NCBI GenBank assembly: GCA_977017645.1
Contig: OZ360249.1
Coordinates: 27,032,001-27,096,000, forward strand
Length of the DNA stretch: 64,000 nt
Direction: 5' to 3'
From: Torpedo marmorata
Lineage: Eukaryota
Both the position numbers and the translations under genes were made by a program. Positions 39,370-52,180 of the stretch are shown here, in pieces. Every line of letters starts with the position of its first letter. The stretch's first letter is position 1. The notes below the pieces were generated by a model. The model worked only from the letters and a program-made list of their open reading frames with translations. It ran no database searches and was not told the origin of the DNA.

Positions 39370-40454
39370 AAATTCTCATAAAGTCTTGCAATCCAGTGGT
39401 TTTCAGTTTTTACAATTATCTTCGTGCCCATCCACTGCTGATGAGAAGACATTTTGCTCCGCCTGAAGGTTCATTGGCTACTTTAGGACATGGTACAGAG
39501 AAAATAAGTGAAGATGAAATTAACCTCATTGAGAGGAAGTTATTTTTCACTACAGCAAATGCTCATTTTAAAGTTGGTTGCCCAGTCTTGGCTCTTGAGG
39601 TACTATCCAAAATCCCAAAAGTCATGAAAAAATCGAAGCCATCCTTAACAAGTGAAGACTCCAAGTTGAGTGTCCAAAGCCAAAATGGTGTTGCAGAAAA
39701 TCGTAGTCGCACTGAAGATGAAAACTGGTCGCAAACTGTAACAGTTTCATCAGGAATGGACGGGGAAACCAGTAATTCTGCTGGCTTTGACTGGGGTGCA
39801 CCACTGGTGACGATTTCTGATGAACCATTAAAACTTGAATGGGATAATGATTTAGAAGCTGATTATGAAGAGGAAGAGGCAGGAGGATTGACAATGAAAG
39901 ATGCAGAAATGGTGACTGTGGCTAATGATGAGAAGGAAGTTACTAGAGAGTCTCAAACTGTCCCAAGCGAGGATTCCATTTCTACTGACTCTCAAGTTGA
40001 TGTAATAGCAGAACAGTTAAAATTCAGAGCCTGTTTGAAAATTCTAATGACTGAACTTAGGACATTAGCTACAGGGTATGAAGTGGATGGAGGGAAGCTC
40101 AGATTTCAACTGTACAACTGGTTAGAAAAAGAAATCCATGCACTGCATCAAATTTGCAATTATAAAACTGAAGTGAAAGATTTGGATGTTGAAATAAATA
40201 AAATGATTAATGCTTCATTTGACCAAGAGGAGTTAACTGAGAGTACAGAAGGAGCTTCATACGAGAGGCATCAGATTGATCGGAGGAGGCTTCAAGCAAA
40301 GCAAGAGCATGCAGAAAAAAGAAAATGGTGGTTGCGGAGAAATCAAGCTCTGCTTAGAGTGTTTCTAAGCTACTGCAGCTTGCATGGAGCTCAGGGTGGA
40401 GGCTTAGCCTCTGTCCGAATGGAACTTATCTTCCTATTACAAGAATCACAGCAG
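39370..40454 (+). CDS. DMXL2: DMXL2 exon (EILIKSCNPVVFSFYNYL...LQESQQ), phase 1->0
   Basis: tttcag acceptor; CAG|gtaatg donor; ORF 39396..40463. Confidence 0.94.
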
Positions 40455-41342
40455 GTAATGTAGTCAAATGCTCTGTGTACTAATGTATGTATAATCAGGG
40501 ACATATTTTGCTCAGTCACACATTATCTAATTAGGTAAAGCAGGGTGGTGTGGAAGTTTGTATGCACAAGACCAAAGTAGAAAATCACAAATGTGGAGGT
40601 AAAGCAATTTTGCTTGTGCTAGGGTTTTTTCTGTGCTGTCCACTGATGCCTCGTATATATTTTAAGTGAGATTTTAATGTTTACAAGTGGTGTTTTTTCA
40701 ATCCAAATAATGTCAGCAATAGTATCATGCACAACATTTTTCAGTGATATTTTCAACCACATTGGACTGATAAACATCAGTCAATATTCACTCAATGAAA
40801 ATCCAGCTTTTTATTAACAATATTTTGATTAGAAAGCTAATCACAAGGTAGTATTTGTTGCAGGACAATCTTCAGAGGTCTGTACAGCAAATGGCCTTCT
40901 CTGTACACTGTTCACACTGAAGACTGATTTTTTTTTTTTTTTGCATCTTGATGCATTTCTGTTGTTAGCAAAACTTAATTTGAAATGTAGATTTATCCGC
41001 ACCTGCCACTCCTGATGGATGATAGGGACCTGAGAAGCAACCACCGAGGCAATTGGGCACTAATAAGGATAACATTTACAGTTTTTATAGAAAGGTTATC
41101 ACAGAAAATATTATCGATTCAGGGTTGCTGCAACCATCCTGCAACTGAATGATTTCCAGGAAATTGCATAGCTCAAAATGAAAGCACGCTTTTTATCTGA
41201 CTTGCAGCAGGCCTGAAACTACTTTAGTTATTGGAAGCAACAGGCTTTCTTTGAATAGAAATACTTATTGAATGGGTCAATTTTCTTCATCCTGCTATGT
41301 AAGAGTATGGGTGTTTTGTGTGCCAAGAACTATTATTTTCAC

Positions 41343-41606
41343 TGTGGAACGTACCAATTTCATGACTACTATGTGTGAAGGAGAGATACAAGCAAAGAAA
41401 ACACAGCAGTGACAATAAAAGGGAGAGTGTTAGAAGGGTGCAAGAGAGATGGGTAAAAGGAGACACAAGTGTTTTGTGTAGTGGCTAGATGTTTGAGTGT
41501 ATTGTGAAGAAAGCGATGAGAAGAGGATGAATGCAGATGAAGTCGAGTCAAGAACTATGTGAGTACTCGCCTTAAAACAGTCTTGTCAAGACATTTTTTT
41601 CCTACA
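41343..41606. mobile_element. Possible short solo LTR
   Basis: TGTGGAA...TTCCTACA ends; flanks tcac/tcat; internal AATAAA. Confidence 0.3.
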
Positions 41607-41635
41607 TCATTTGCCAGCACAGTTCTGTGTGATCC

Positions 41636-44600
41636 AGATTCAGATTTCAGATCAGATTTCAGATTTATTGTCAGAATACATACATGACATCACATACAAC
41701 CCTGAGAATCTTTTTCCTGCGGGCGAGGCAGAATTACCACTTATTGGTAGTGCAAAAAAACGGACACAACTTACACATGTAAACAAATAAAGAAATGTAA
41801 ACAAACTGTGCAATTCAGAGATAGGAAAAAAAAAACAATAAAGTGCAAGAGTCTTTAAATAAGTCCCTGATTAAGTTTGTTGTTGAGTCTGCTGGTGGAG
41901 GGGTAGCAGCTGTCCCTGAGTCTTGAGGCATCTAACCTCTTTCCTGATGGTAGCAGCGAGAACAGAGTGTGTGCTAGGTGGTGTGGATCCTTGATGATTG
42001 CTGCTGCTCTCTGACGGCAGCATTCCCTGTAGATGTTCTCGATGGTGGGGAGGGTTTTACCTGTGATGTCCTGGGCTGTGTCCACTACCTTTTGCATGGC
42101 TTTACGCTCAGGGGTATTGGTATCCCCATGCCAGACCATGATGCAGCCGGTCAGCACACTTTACACCACACATCTGTAGAAATTTGCCAGGGTTTCTGGT
42201 GTCATACCAAACCTCCGCAAACCCCTGAGGAAGTTGAGGTGCCGATGTGCTTTCTTCATGATGCCATTAGTGTGTTGGGTCCAGGAAAGATCCTCCGAGA
42301 TAGTGACTCCCAAGAACTTAAATTTGGTCACCGTCTCCACCTCTGATTCCCCCAATGATCACTGGATCGTACGCCTCTGGATCTTCCCTTCCTGAAGTCA
42401 ACAATCAGCTCCTTGGTTTTGGTGACATTGAGTGCGAGGTTGTTGTTGATGCACCATTCAGCCAAGTTTTCAATCTCCCTCCTGTATGCTGATTCATCGC
42501 CGCTTTTTATACAACCCACTACCGTGGTATCATCAGCAAATTTGTAGATTATGGAGTTGTCGTACCGACCCACACAGTCATAGATGTATAGGGAATAGAG
42601 CAGGGGGCTAAAAACGCAGCCCTGTGGTTCTCCGGTACTGATGGAGATTGTGGAGGAGATGTTCTTACCCAATCCTCACTGATAGTCAAGTTTAATGTCA
42701 TCTGATTGTACAAGTACATCTCGACGAAACAGCGTTCTCCGGTCCTCGGTGCAAAACATGCAGCCACACAACCAGACATAACACACGTACAGATAAACAA
42801 TACATATGCAGGACAAGTATTGCATCTATACCAATAAAAAAATATTGTTTCATAAATATGAGAGTCTCGGATGGTGAGTGTGAGCAGTTCCTTTGGTCGT
42901 TCCGTATTCTCACTGCCCATGGGAAGAAGCTGTTTCTCAGCCTGGTGGTGCTGGCACTGATACTCCTGTATCTCTTCCCCAACTGCAGGAGCTGAAAGAT
43001 GCTGTGTGCAGGGTGGAAGGGGTCCTCAATGATTTTGCGTGCCCTCTTCAAACAGCGATCCTGGTAGATCAAGTCGATGGGGGGAGGGGGAAGGAGGCTC
43101 CAGTGATCCTCTCTGCCACTCTTATGGTCCTGTGGATTTGACAGCCGATCCAATTCTCCACAGCCACCGTACCACACTGTGATGCAGCCGGCCAGGAGGC
43201 TCTCAATCGAGCTCCTGTAGAAAGTTGACAGAATAGTGGGCAGTAACCTTGCCCACTTCAGTCTTCTCAGGAAGGATAGGTTACTTCTTAAGTGGACTCC
43301 AAGGAACTTGGTGCTCTCTACTCTCTCCACTATCGATATTATTGATATGTAGTGGACGGTGGTCGACCCTGGTCCTCTTGAAGTCCACGATCATCTCCTT
43401 CGGCTTGTCCACGTTGAGACTCTGGTTGTTACTCTCGCACCATATCACGAGATTTTCCACCACTCCTCTGTAGTGCAACTCATCGTTGTTGCTGATGAGG
43501 CCAACTACTGTTGTGTCATCTGCAAACTTGATAACATTGTTGGAGCTGGATCTGGTGATGTATCCATGGGTCTGTAGCGTGAACAGGAGCGGGCTGAGCA
43601 CACAGCCCTAAGATGTGCCAGTGTGCAGTGTGACGGTGCTCGACATTCTGCTACCTACCCAGACAGACTGTGCTCTTTCCGTTAGGAAGTCCAGGATCCA
43701 GTTATAGAGAGGGGTGTTGAGTCTCAGCAAGGACAGCTTCTCCACCAGCCTCTGGGGAATGATTGTATTAAATGCCAAGCTGAAGTCAATGAACAGCACC
43801 CTGGTGTATGAAGTGTCGTTCTCCAGGTGGGTCAGTATGGAGTGAAGGGACAAGGCTACAGCATCATCTGTGGAACGGTTTCTTCTATAGGCAGATTGAA
43901 ATGGGTCCAGCGTCTCTGGGAGGTGTGCTTTGATGCGTTCCATCACCAGATGCTCAAAGCATTTCATAATGGTGGAGGTCAGTGCCACAGGGCGGTAGTC
44001 ATTGAAGCCTTTTGTCACCCTCTTGGGTACTGGGATGATGGTGGCTGTCTTGAACCCTGCAGGAATGATAGACTGCTGCAGTGATGTGTTGAAGATATCC
44101 GTGAAGACCTCCATCAATTGGTCTGCGCAGTCCTTCAGTACCCGACCAAATATGTTGTCTGGTCCCGCCGCCTTGTGTGTGTTCACCTTGGATAGGGTTC
44201 TCCTCCCCTTGGCTGTGGCTATGCAGGGGGCCAGTTCATCAGTGGGACACAGTGCTTTCTTTGGCGTCATCCTGTTCTTCTCATCAAACTGTGCATAGAA
44301 GATGTTCAGTCTCTCCGGAAAAGAGGCGTCATTGTCCTTAACTCGTAAGGTTGACTTGTGATCTGTTATAGCCTTGATCCTTTGCCACATGCGCCTCGTG
44401 TCACTGATGTCACACAGCTGTCTGGATCTTCTGTGCGTACCCCCGCTTTGTCTTCCGGATTACACGGGAGAGTTCAGCCCTGGCTGATCTTAGTGCCATC
44501 CTACACCCTGTCCTGAAAGCAGCATCCGAGCTCTGAGAAGGGCCCAGACCTCTGCATCCAACCATGGTTTCTGGTTAGCCCTGCTTGTGAAGCTCGGTGA

Positions 44601-44870
44601 CATCCTCAATGCACTTCCTGTTGCAGCCAGTTACTGAGCTCCTCACCTCCAGATTGTGGTCTGGAGGTGAGGAAATCCAGGATCCAATTACACAGTGAGG
44701 TGTTGAGTCCCAGGTTTTGCAGTTTGCTGATCAATTTTGAAGGGATGATGGTGTAAAATACCAAACTGTAGTCGATAAAGAGCATCCTGATATATGCATC
44801 TTTGCTGTCCGGTGTTCCAGGACTTTGTGTAGAGCCAGTGAGATGGCATCCGCCGTAGGGATAATGTAAT
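41636..44870 (-). mobile_element. Rex1/Babar-like LINE A (41636-42683 and 44652-44870), interrupted by LINE B
   Basis: RT fragments PQGCVFSPLLYSLY...YKFADD; (AAATCTG)n-type tail; sequence resumes after B at gattgtggtctgg. Confidence 0.85.
42684..44639 (-). mobile_element. Rex1/Babar-like LINE B nested in A
   Basis: RT fragments KAAGPD, NDYRPVALTS, LFIDFS, LSPLLFTL, KFADD; own 3' UTR and tail. Confidence 0.88.
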
Positions 44871-45951
44871 GAAGCATCTCATGATTTCAGCCACTAAGCC
44901 TGACATTTCCTACCCCCTCCGTAGCCAAATGAATGAAACTGTTATTTGTCATAGTTGACGTAGTGCTGGCTGATGAGGTTGCATCTCCCTGCCAAGTTCC
45001 TGTAGCTGAGAGAAATTGGACTCGAGTTTTTTCAGTAACATCCATGTTTCTGAAAAAGCATGTGATTCTGCTCGGGAACCTGCTGACACTTTTTATTTTC
45101 CATGTTTCTTGCTACCATGTTCTACACTCAGGGCAAAAAAAAAGGATGCTGCTGATTTCCATGTCTTACCCTTGTCAGAAGGCAATACTGTTAATTGCAA
45201 TGCTGAATTTGACCCTTTGTTCCACATTCTGATTTACACACTTCTATTCCTGACTCAGTAAATTTGGGTGTTCACCCCATCTGCTTGCTTTTTCTTATTG
45301 ACATTTGTTTCAATTCTTGAACTGGGTTTAAATACCACTGCAGAGAGTAATTGAGATTTTTACATCTTGTTCCTGGTATTGAAGTGAGAGCACAGCATCT
45401 ATTGGGCCATCTGGCTCATTAAGGTTTCAGATTTTTGGAAACTGATGAATTATGTTTAGATTTCAAATAATCTTTTGCCCATTATTTTCTTTTTGTAGAA
45501 CTCTGTTCCTGAGCTACAGGTTTGGCTCAGACTTGGGTATGAAAATATAGTTGGTCTTGAATTGGGGAAATGAGGAAATGCCACATTGTTAGATTGGAGA
45601 AGTTCACCCCTATAGATCCTTAGGTGAACATAAAAATAATTCCTTGGCAAAAATTTTGAAAAAGAAATGTTTACACAGTCAATATCACTAAACAGATTAT
45701 CATATCATTACCGTTGTGTGTAAATTGTATGCCATGTTTGCTATGTTAATGCACCAACCATATTTCAAAAGTATATCTTTGGCAGTAAAGCTGTGCAGAA
45801 TGTACTGAAAGGTATTATTATTTCACCAATGTTTTTATTTCACTGTGAATAGATTGTCTGATCAAGAAGCGTTATATTATTCTTGTGTAATGTTAACCCG
45901 TGGCAAGGCTGTGCGCATAAGTATCTAATGCTGATTTTATCCATGTGATAG

Positions 45952-46143
45952 GAAACCACTGTGAAACAACTTCAGTCCCCTCTTCCTTTACCTACAACTT
46001 TGCCCCTCCTTTCTGCAACCATTGCCTCAACGAAAACTGTGATAGCCAACCCCATCATGCATTTGAGTAATCACATCCATGATATCTTGTACACAGTGGT
46101 ACAGATGAATTGTCCACCTCTTCCAGGTCTTAAGGATGAGAAG
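45952..46143 (+). CDS. DMXL2: DMXL2 exon (ETTVKQLQSPLP...KDEK), phase 0->0
   Basis: gatag acceptor; AAG|gtaaca donor. Confidence 0.92.
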
Positions 46144-46206
46144 GTAACAATTTTTTTCACAACTTTTTATCTTTTAAAATGCTAATAGCATTGGTTGCAG
46201 TAGTTA

Positions 46207-47012
46207 CCATATTTGACGGCATATAGGACCCCCTTTTTTTCCAAAAAAATCGCCTCAAAAACCACGTGAAGGTGACATTTTGGTGCCGCCATTTTGGGAA
46301 CCAAGTGGAGGCTTTCATCCGCAAGATAGTGACAGGAGGAAAGCGCTCAAACTACTCACCCAGCTTCAAGAAGCCCGCGGAGATGCTGTGGCTGTCCAGG
46401 AAGCGGGCCCGCAGCTTCGCGGACCACCATCCCTTGGGTGGCCCGAGCTTTCCAGAGTCGCCGCACCCGCCCTCTCCCTCCTGCTCGCTCTCCCCCACAG
46501 TCCTTTGAGGGGAGCGCTGGGCCTCGATGATCAGGCTTTATTCGACGAGCACGGATCCCCGAGCAAATTGAATGAGGGGCGGGTGGCAGTGAGCGAACGA
46601 CCTGTCAAGCTCAGCTCAACAGGCCGCTCGCTCACTGCCACCCGCCCCCGTGCCTCATTCAATCTGTTCGGGGGGCTGTGCGCATCGGACAAGGCTCAGC
46701 GTGGAGCCTGATCACCGAGGCCCAGTGCTCCCCTCAGAACAAGTGATCGATCGTCTACTCCCCGCGACGGTGGGCCTGGGCCCTGCCCATTGTCCTGGCC
46801 TCTTTCCCTCCCACCCTCGCGCGCCCGCATGTCCCGACGCGCCTGTCAATCAGCGTTTGGACGGTGGGGGTGAAGCAGCCTGAGCCTCGGCGTGCGGCGG
46901 GCAGGAGGACGTGTTGCTGCTGTGAAGGTAAATACACTAAAACAAATTTTTCCTGAAATCTTACGCTAAAAATGGGGGGTGGGGGGAGGGTCCTATATGC
47001 CGTCAAATATGG
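46207..47012. mobile_element. Tc2/pogo-type MITE with GC-rich cargo and internal palindrome
   Basis: Perfect 25-bp TIRs CCATATTTGACGGCATATAGGACCC; TA on both flanks. Confidence 0.9.
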
Positions 47013-47448
47013 TACTTTGATTTTGGGGAAAAAAAATCTGCTGGTGAGATTTCTTTTGAATAAAGAAGTTTTCATTGGGTTCAAGATGTCATCAAAGACT
47101 TTGTGATCCCAAGCGAAAGAAATGTGCAGTACTTCTGGGTACAGTTGATGACCAATGGCTCCTTAATTGGATTGAGAAAGTTAAACTGATTATTAGATAC
47201 TTGCTGATAGTTAATTCTGGCTAAACGCGTAGTGGGCAGATAGACTCCAAGGTTTTATCTGGTTAAGTTTTCGTTATAAAGCTGTGCATACATCAATGTT
47301 GTAAATTCTTAACTACTCAAATATATGGCAATTTTTTTAAAATATTGCTAATTTAAAGCACTATACATTGAAGCAGAACATTTGTGCTAATGTGAAATAT
47401 TTCTCCAGGTTATTCTTGTAACTCAGATTGTATTGCATTTCATATTAG

Positions 47449-47525
47449 GTTTTCGTTCTGCACACTTCAGCAGCTTCACTCTCAGCCTGCATTTACCAAT
47501 CTCTTTGTGACAGCCACAGTTACAG
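47449..47525 (+). CDS. DMXL2: DMXL2 exon (VFVLHTSAASLSACIYQSLCDSHSYS), phase 0->2
   Basis: tattag acceptor; AG|gtaaat donor. Confidence 0.9.
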
Positions 47526-47806
47526 GTAAATGTATTTGTTGTGGCAACTTTCTTCAAATTTTGTCCTGAGGATAAAATAGTTCAATTTTTCTGTAAGATT
47601 TTATGAATGAAAATAAAATTCACTGATGTAGACGGTTCCATAATAAATGGAAAATCAACCTGTGACCGGAATTGAAATGAATGTCTCCACATTGGTTTCT
47701 GCATTACAATAATCTTGGGTGGTTAGTTTGTCTCTAAACGACAGTACAAAAATACCCACTGTTTGTAGAAAAGGTTTTTTTATAAATAATGCATTTCTCT
47801 TAACAG

Positions 47807-47934
47807 TCAAACAGCTACAAACCTGTTTACAGGAATGGTATATCAGGGGCTTCTATTGGGTGAAAGGCGTAGGCTGCGAACTGAAAGTATTGAAGAGCAT
47901 GTAGCTCCTAACTCTTCACCTTCACATTGGCCTG
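47807..47934 (+). CDS. DMXL2: DMXL2 exon (QTATNLFTGMVYQGLLL...SHWP), phase 2->1
   Basis: taacag acceptor; G|gtaaga donor. Confidence 0.9.
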
Positions 47935-48078
47935 GTAAGATGGAAAAACTTGCTTGTAAGATTTGTTAAAAAATCAAATTCAAAATTTGAATATTTTCTT
48001 AATGCTTAGTTAGTTAGGGATAAGAACACTTTCTTCTTGCTTGCCTAGTTCATAAGTTATCCCATTTGTTTGTTCCAG

Positions 48079-48327
48079 GTGTTTCATCACTGATTAATCT
48101 TCTAGGATCTGTTCAGGAAGATGATCAACCCAAACTTAATGTGTTGCTTTGTGAGGCAGTGATTGGTGTTTATCTAAGTCTTTTGATTCATGGTCTTGCT
48201 ACTCAGGATAGCAATGAGCTCTTTCGTTTGGTTGCCCATCCACTAAATAATCGAACCTGGGCTGCAGTTTTTGGAGGAGGTGCAAAAACTGTAATAAAAC
48301 CTAAAAAGCGGTCAGAGCTCACACCAG
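48079..48327 (+). CDS. DMXL2: DMXL2 exon (GVSSLINLL...RSELTP), phase 1->1
   Basis: ttccag acceptor; G|gtaggt donor. Confidence 0.92.
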
Positions 48328-49393
48328 GTAGGTCAATTTCCTTCAAAATAACAGCAAGAACTTGTATCTTTATAGAATATTTAATGTTATAAAGCATCTC
48401 ATGTTCATTGGAGTGCAGTCAGTTTAAGACTTGACATTAAAAAAAATTAAGACAGATAACCGAAAGGTTAATCAAGGAGGTGGATCTTAATAGAAGTGAG
48501 AGGCTTAGGGAGGGAATTGGGGAATGAGATCTGCACAGGTGAATGTATGGTCTTCAAGAACCTCGCAAACATACCAAACCTTAAATCTTTTGTTGACATC
48601 TTTTGAGTTTAATAAACCACTTTTGAAAATTTTAAGAATTTTTATATAGATGCATTTTATCCATAAAGGGGTCAGTTGAAATAAATAATGTCATCAGAAT
48701 TTTAAAGTTTGTTTTACTCCAACTCTCTTTGCACACTGGTTATTTAGTATTGGTATATGATTAGAATCAGTGTTTTGTCCAAGATTTGTTTACTTTTATC
48801 ATTTTGGTGAAATGCACCAGGGGTTGGTGGGTCTTTCATCTCGATTGAACTGAAGCAGATTATAGATGTCATTATCTAGTTACTTCAGCCTTGAGGTTTT
48901 GATTGAACTTGCTAATGTTCATCATTCAGAAAATAAAGTTAAAGGACAATGGAAAGGGATGGTAAATGAATAAGGGTGCTGGGAGTTTTGAGCTATATCG
49001 GAGGACAGCACTGCAAGCCTGATCTATTTTTGTCTGCCCTTTCTTCTTGTACTCTCAATAAAAGTCCATGAATATTACTTATTTTGCACTATTTATGACA
49101 TTTATTAGGTTTTATTTGTTGCTGGTAGTTTTATAATTATATCTTTCATAATTAGATTTTTGGGTTATTTTTCCCTGTTTACTATTGGCAGCATTGAGAT
49201 TCCCTTTTAAAATACCTCAATATTTTAATTTAATTCATTACGATATACAGTATTGGTTATAATTATCATTTCAAAACCATAATCCTGAGGAACCAAATGT
49301 TTGAACTCTTCTAATATCAGCATAAAAGAGTTAGCTGCCATTTAAATATAACTAGAGAGTATTTTAAACAAAAAAAACTAACTTGTGGTGCAG

Positions 49394-49504
49394 GTATACC
49401 AAATGTTTCAGCTGCATTAAATTTGGAGCAAAATCTTGCCTTGAAGACAGAAACTGTAGATGTGTCTATGTCTCCCAGCTGTGAGACTGGAACACAACAG
49501 GATG
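49394..49504 (+). CDS. DMXL2: Candidate DMXL2 cassette exon (GIPNVSAALNLEQNLALKTETVDVSMSPSCETGTQQD), phase 1->1
   Basis: ctaac branch-like motif, then tgcag acceptor; 111 nt open in the required phase; strong G|gtgagt donor; alternative in-frame acceptor gives an exon starting at 49412. Confidence 0.5.
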
Positions 49505-50430
49505 GTGAGTGACAGCATTGGTTGCTGTGTAGTTTGGGGTGCTTTGCTCAGTTTTGAACTTTTTTTGCTCTGTGTGTAGCTTTGCACTTCCCAAAATCTC
49601 TATAACTCTGTGAGGGTAAAATTGTGTTTAAGAATATATTAAATCTTTCCTTAAGATGATGTCCAATCTTAAGTTTTGTTTTATTATTTCAGTACAAGTT
49701 ATTGATTTTCTTTTCATGTTTATGGAATTTGAAAGGAAATATAGTTTTGTTTAATTTAAGCTTAAATTAAGAGCAGCAAACTAAGGTGTAGTGCATGGCT
49801 GATGAAATTGACAGTTTCATTGGTGTCGGAATCTAATTTAGTCGAAAGTGTTATTCTGTCGTGATCTGGAAATTCTAATTCATGAGAATAATCTTAACTG
49901 AGTTTGATCTGGAAAACTTCACATGATTGACCTGCCTAGATTTATTTTCCATCAACTATTATTACACTAATAATTATAACATTGGTGATAGAACTTCTGC
50001 AATGTTTGTTTATAAAACAGAAATAATGTAATGTAATGTATGTACTATGGATGTTAGCAAGATCATTGCATGCATTTGAGTGTGCAAATAATTTTAAATG
50101 AACTCCAATTGGTTGGCAGTTTTTGCATCAACTGATCGTATTTCCTTTCAAGTTTTTGACTTGAATCCATATGCAAAGCATTGAATTAATTTTCAACATA
50201 TTCCATGTTTTTTGTGATCAAAACAAAGAGTAGTATTAATTTTAGGGATGCAGGAGATTTGTGTTATATTTGTGATGATGCTGATCAGGTTTAGGTGATG
50301 CCTCTTGAATTTCTGGTGCTGTCACTTTTTTTAGACTGTTAATCTAAAGATCATAGGTGATTATAAGATACATAACCTTCAACACAGCCAAAGATGCATC
50401 ACAGCACATTTATCACATTGCTTTGGACAG

Positions 50431-50603
50431 TTCCTCCAGAAGCCATTGATCGATATCGCCGAAGATTTAATATGAAGATGTTAGTACCTGGTAGACCTGT
50501 AAAAGAGACGTCAACCCCACCGCCTGTACCTGCAGAGAGACCTTCATACAAAGAAAAATTTATTCCACCTGAACTCAGTATGTGGGATTATTTTGTGTCC
50601 AAG
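50431..50603 (+). CDS. DMXL2: DMXL2 exon (VPPEAIDRYRRRFNMKML...DYFVSK), phase 1->0
   Basis: ggacag acceptor; AAG|gtgaga donor. Confidence 0.9.
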
Positions 50604-50623
50604 GTGAGAACAATATTTATATA

Positions 50624-50830
50624 CAGTAAAATCCCTGGTATCCAGCACCGAGATTGGTAGACGCCGGATAAGTGAATTTTACAGTTGCTTGCGATTGCGT
50701 GTTGCATGGATTGACGAACTAACTGCTAGTTTTACACTTTTGTAGTTTTTGCCTAATGGTATTTATTTTCCGCGATTTATTTGCCGGTTGCTTGAGGCTG
50801 CTTGAATTTCGGATAATGGGGATTTTACTG
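50624..50830. mobile_element. MITE, same family as 11762-11956
   Basis: TIRs CAGTAAAATCCC / GGGATTTTACTG; TA flanks; shared interior. Confidence 0.82.
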
Positions 50831-50919
50831 TATTCTGCATTGAATAATTCTGACGATTACATATCGTCTTGTAGATTTTTGTGTGACTTAATCCATTTGA
50901 AAAACCTGCATAAGTATAG

Positions 50920-51770
50920 AGTCATCGATTCATAGAGCGTTGAAACAGACCCTTCAGCCCAATGTGCCCACACAGACCAAAATGTCCCACCCATATTAGT
51001 CCCACCTGCCTGCATTGGCCATATCCTAAACTCATTCTATCCATGTATCTGTCCAATTTTTTTTCTTAACAATTGAATTAGTACTTGTCTCAACCACCTC
51101 ATCTGACAGCCCATTGCTTATAATCAAGTCAAGTTTATTGTCGTCTGATTACACAAGTACAACCCGACGAAACAGCGTTCTCCGATCCACCACCGTTAAT
51201 TAAATGCAAACCTGAGTTAAACCGTTAGTTTAATGGGAATCTGAGGGGTTTTAAAAAAAAAAAAAGAAAAGTTATTCTCACTGGATGTAGGAAGCCGAGG
51301 TGTATGTTTAAAAAATTCTGAGGGACATAGATAGGAGAGATGATCAGGCATTTTTCCCCCCAGGGTATGGGTGTCTAGAACTAGAGGGCATAGGTTTAAG
51401 GTGAGAGGGGAGAAATTTAAAGACCTGAGGGTTGTTTTTCCCCCATGGTGTAATGGTTATCTGGAACCAGATGCCAGAGGAGAAAATAAAGGCAGATGTC
51501 ATTTCAACATCCAAAAGGCATTGGACAGATACGTGCATGGTAAAGGCATTGAGGGTTGTGGTCCTATTGCAGGCAAATAGAATTAGATAGGTATCACAGC
51601 TGGCATGGATGAGGTGGGCTAAAGGATTCTATTTCTATGCTGATTTTTTTTTTTTTTTACAGATTCAGTACGGTAATAGGCCTATCCAGCCCATGAGCCA
51701 GTTCCACCGAAATATACCAATTAACCTACAAACCCTGCACATTTTTGGAGGGTGGGAGTAAACTGGAGAA
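50920..51770. mobile_element. Cluster of CR1 3' ends (minus 50920-51110; plus ~51260-51640), a Rex1-B tail and a V-SINE fragment
   Basis: agagggcataggtttaaggtgagagggg (CR1 3'); ggcctatccagcccatgagcc (V-SINE tail). Confidence 0.65.
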
Positions 51771-52180
51771 ATTTTTCTATGATTTCCTGCAATAGATTTT
51801 CAGACCTCTATTTGCATTTCCCAATTGAACGTTACCCAAGCACCCCTTCAACCTCTGAGCCCAATTATTGAAATGCTCATTTCCTTCATACCCCTACACA
51901 CCAGTTCTCTCTCAAGACTCCACCTTGTTTCCCCATTCCTCCACAGGTTTCTCTATTTCATCTGCTCGTTCTATTATTACCTGATGGCTTTGTCATTGGG
52001 CACAACAGAATGTAACATCCAGAGGGATTTGCACATTGGCACACTGTAGTGCTTTATTTTCTTTTTGGTATTGCAGAAGAACTTCAAGGCCATTGTATTG
52101 TTAAGGAAAAATAATTCATATATATGTGTTCAAAATTCTTTCCTTAATCACATTTTAATTGGTGTACTTGTGCTTTAAAG

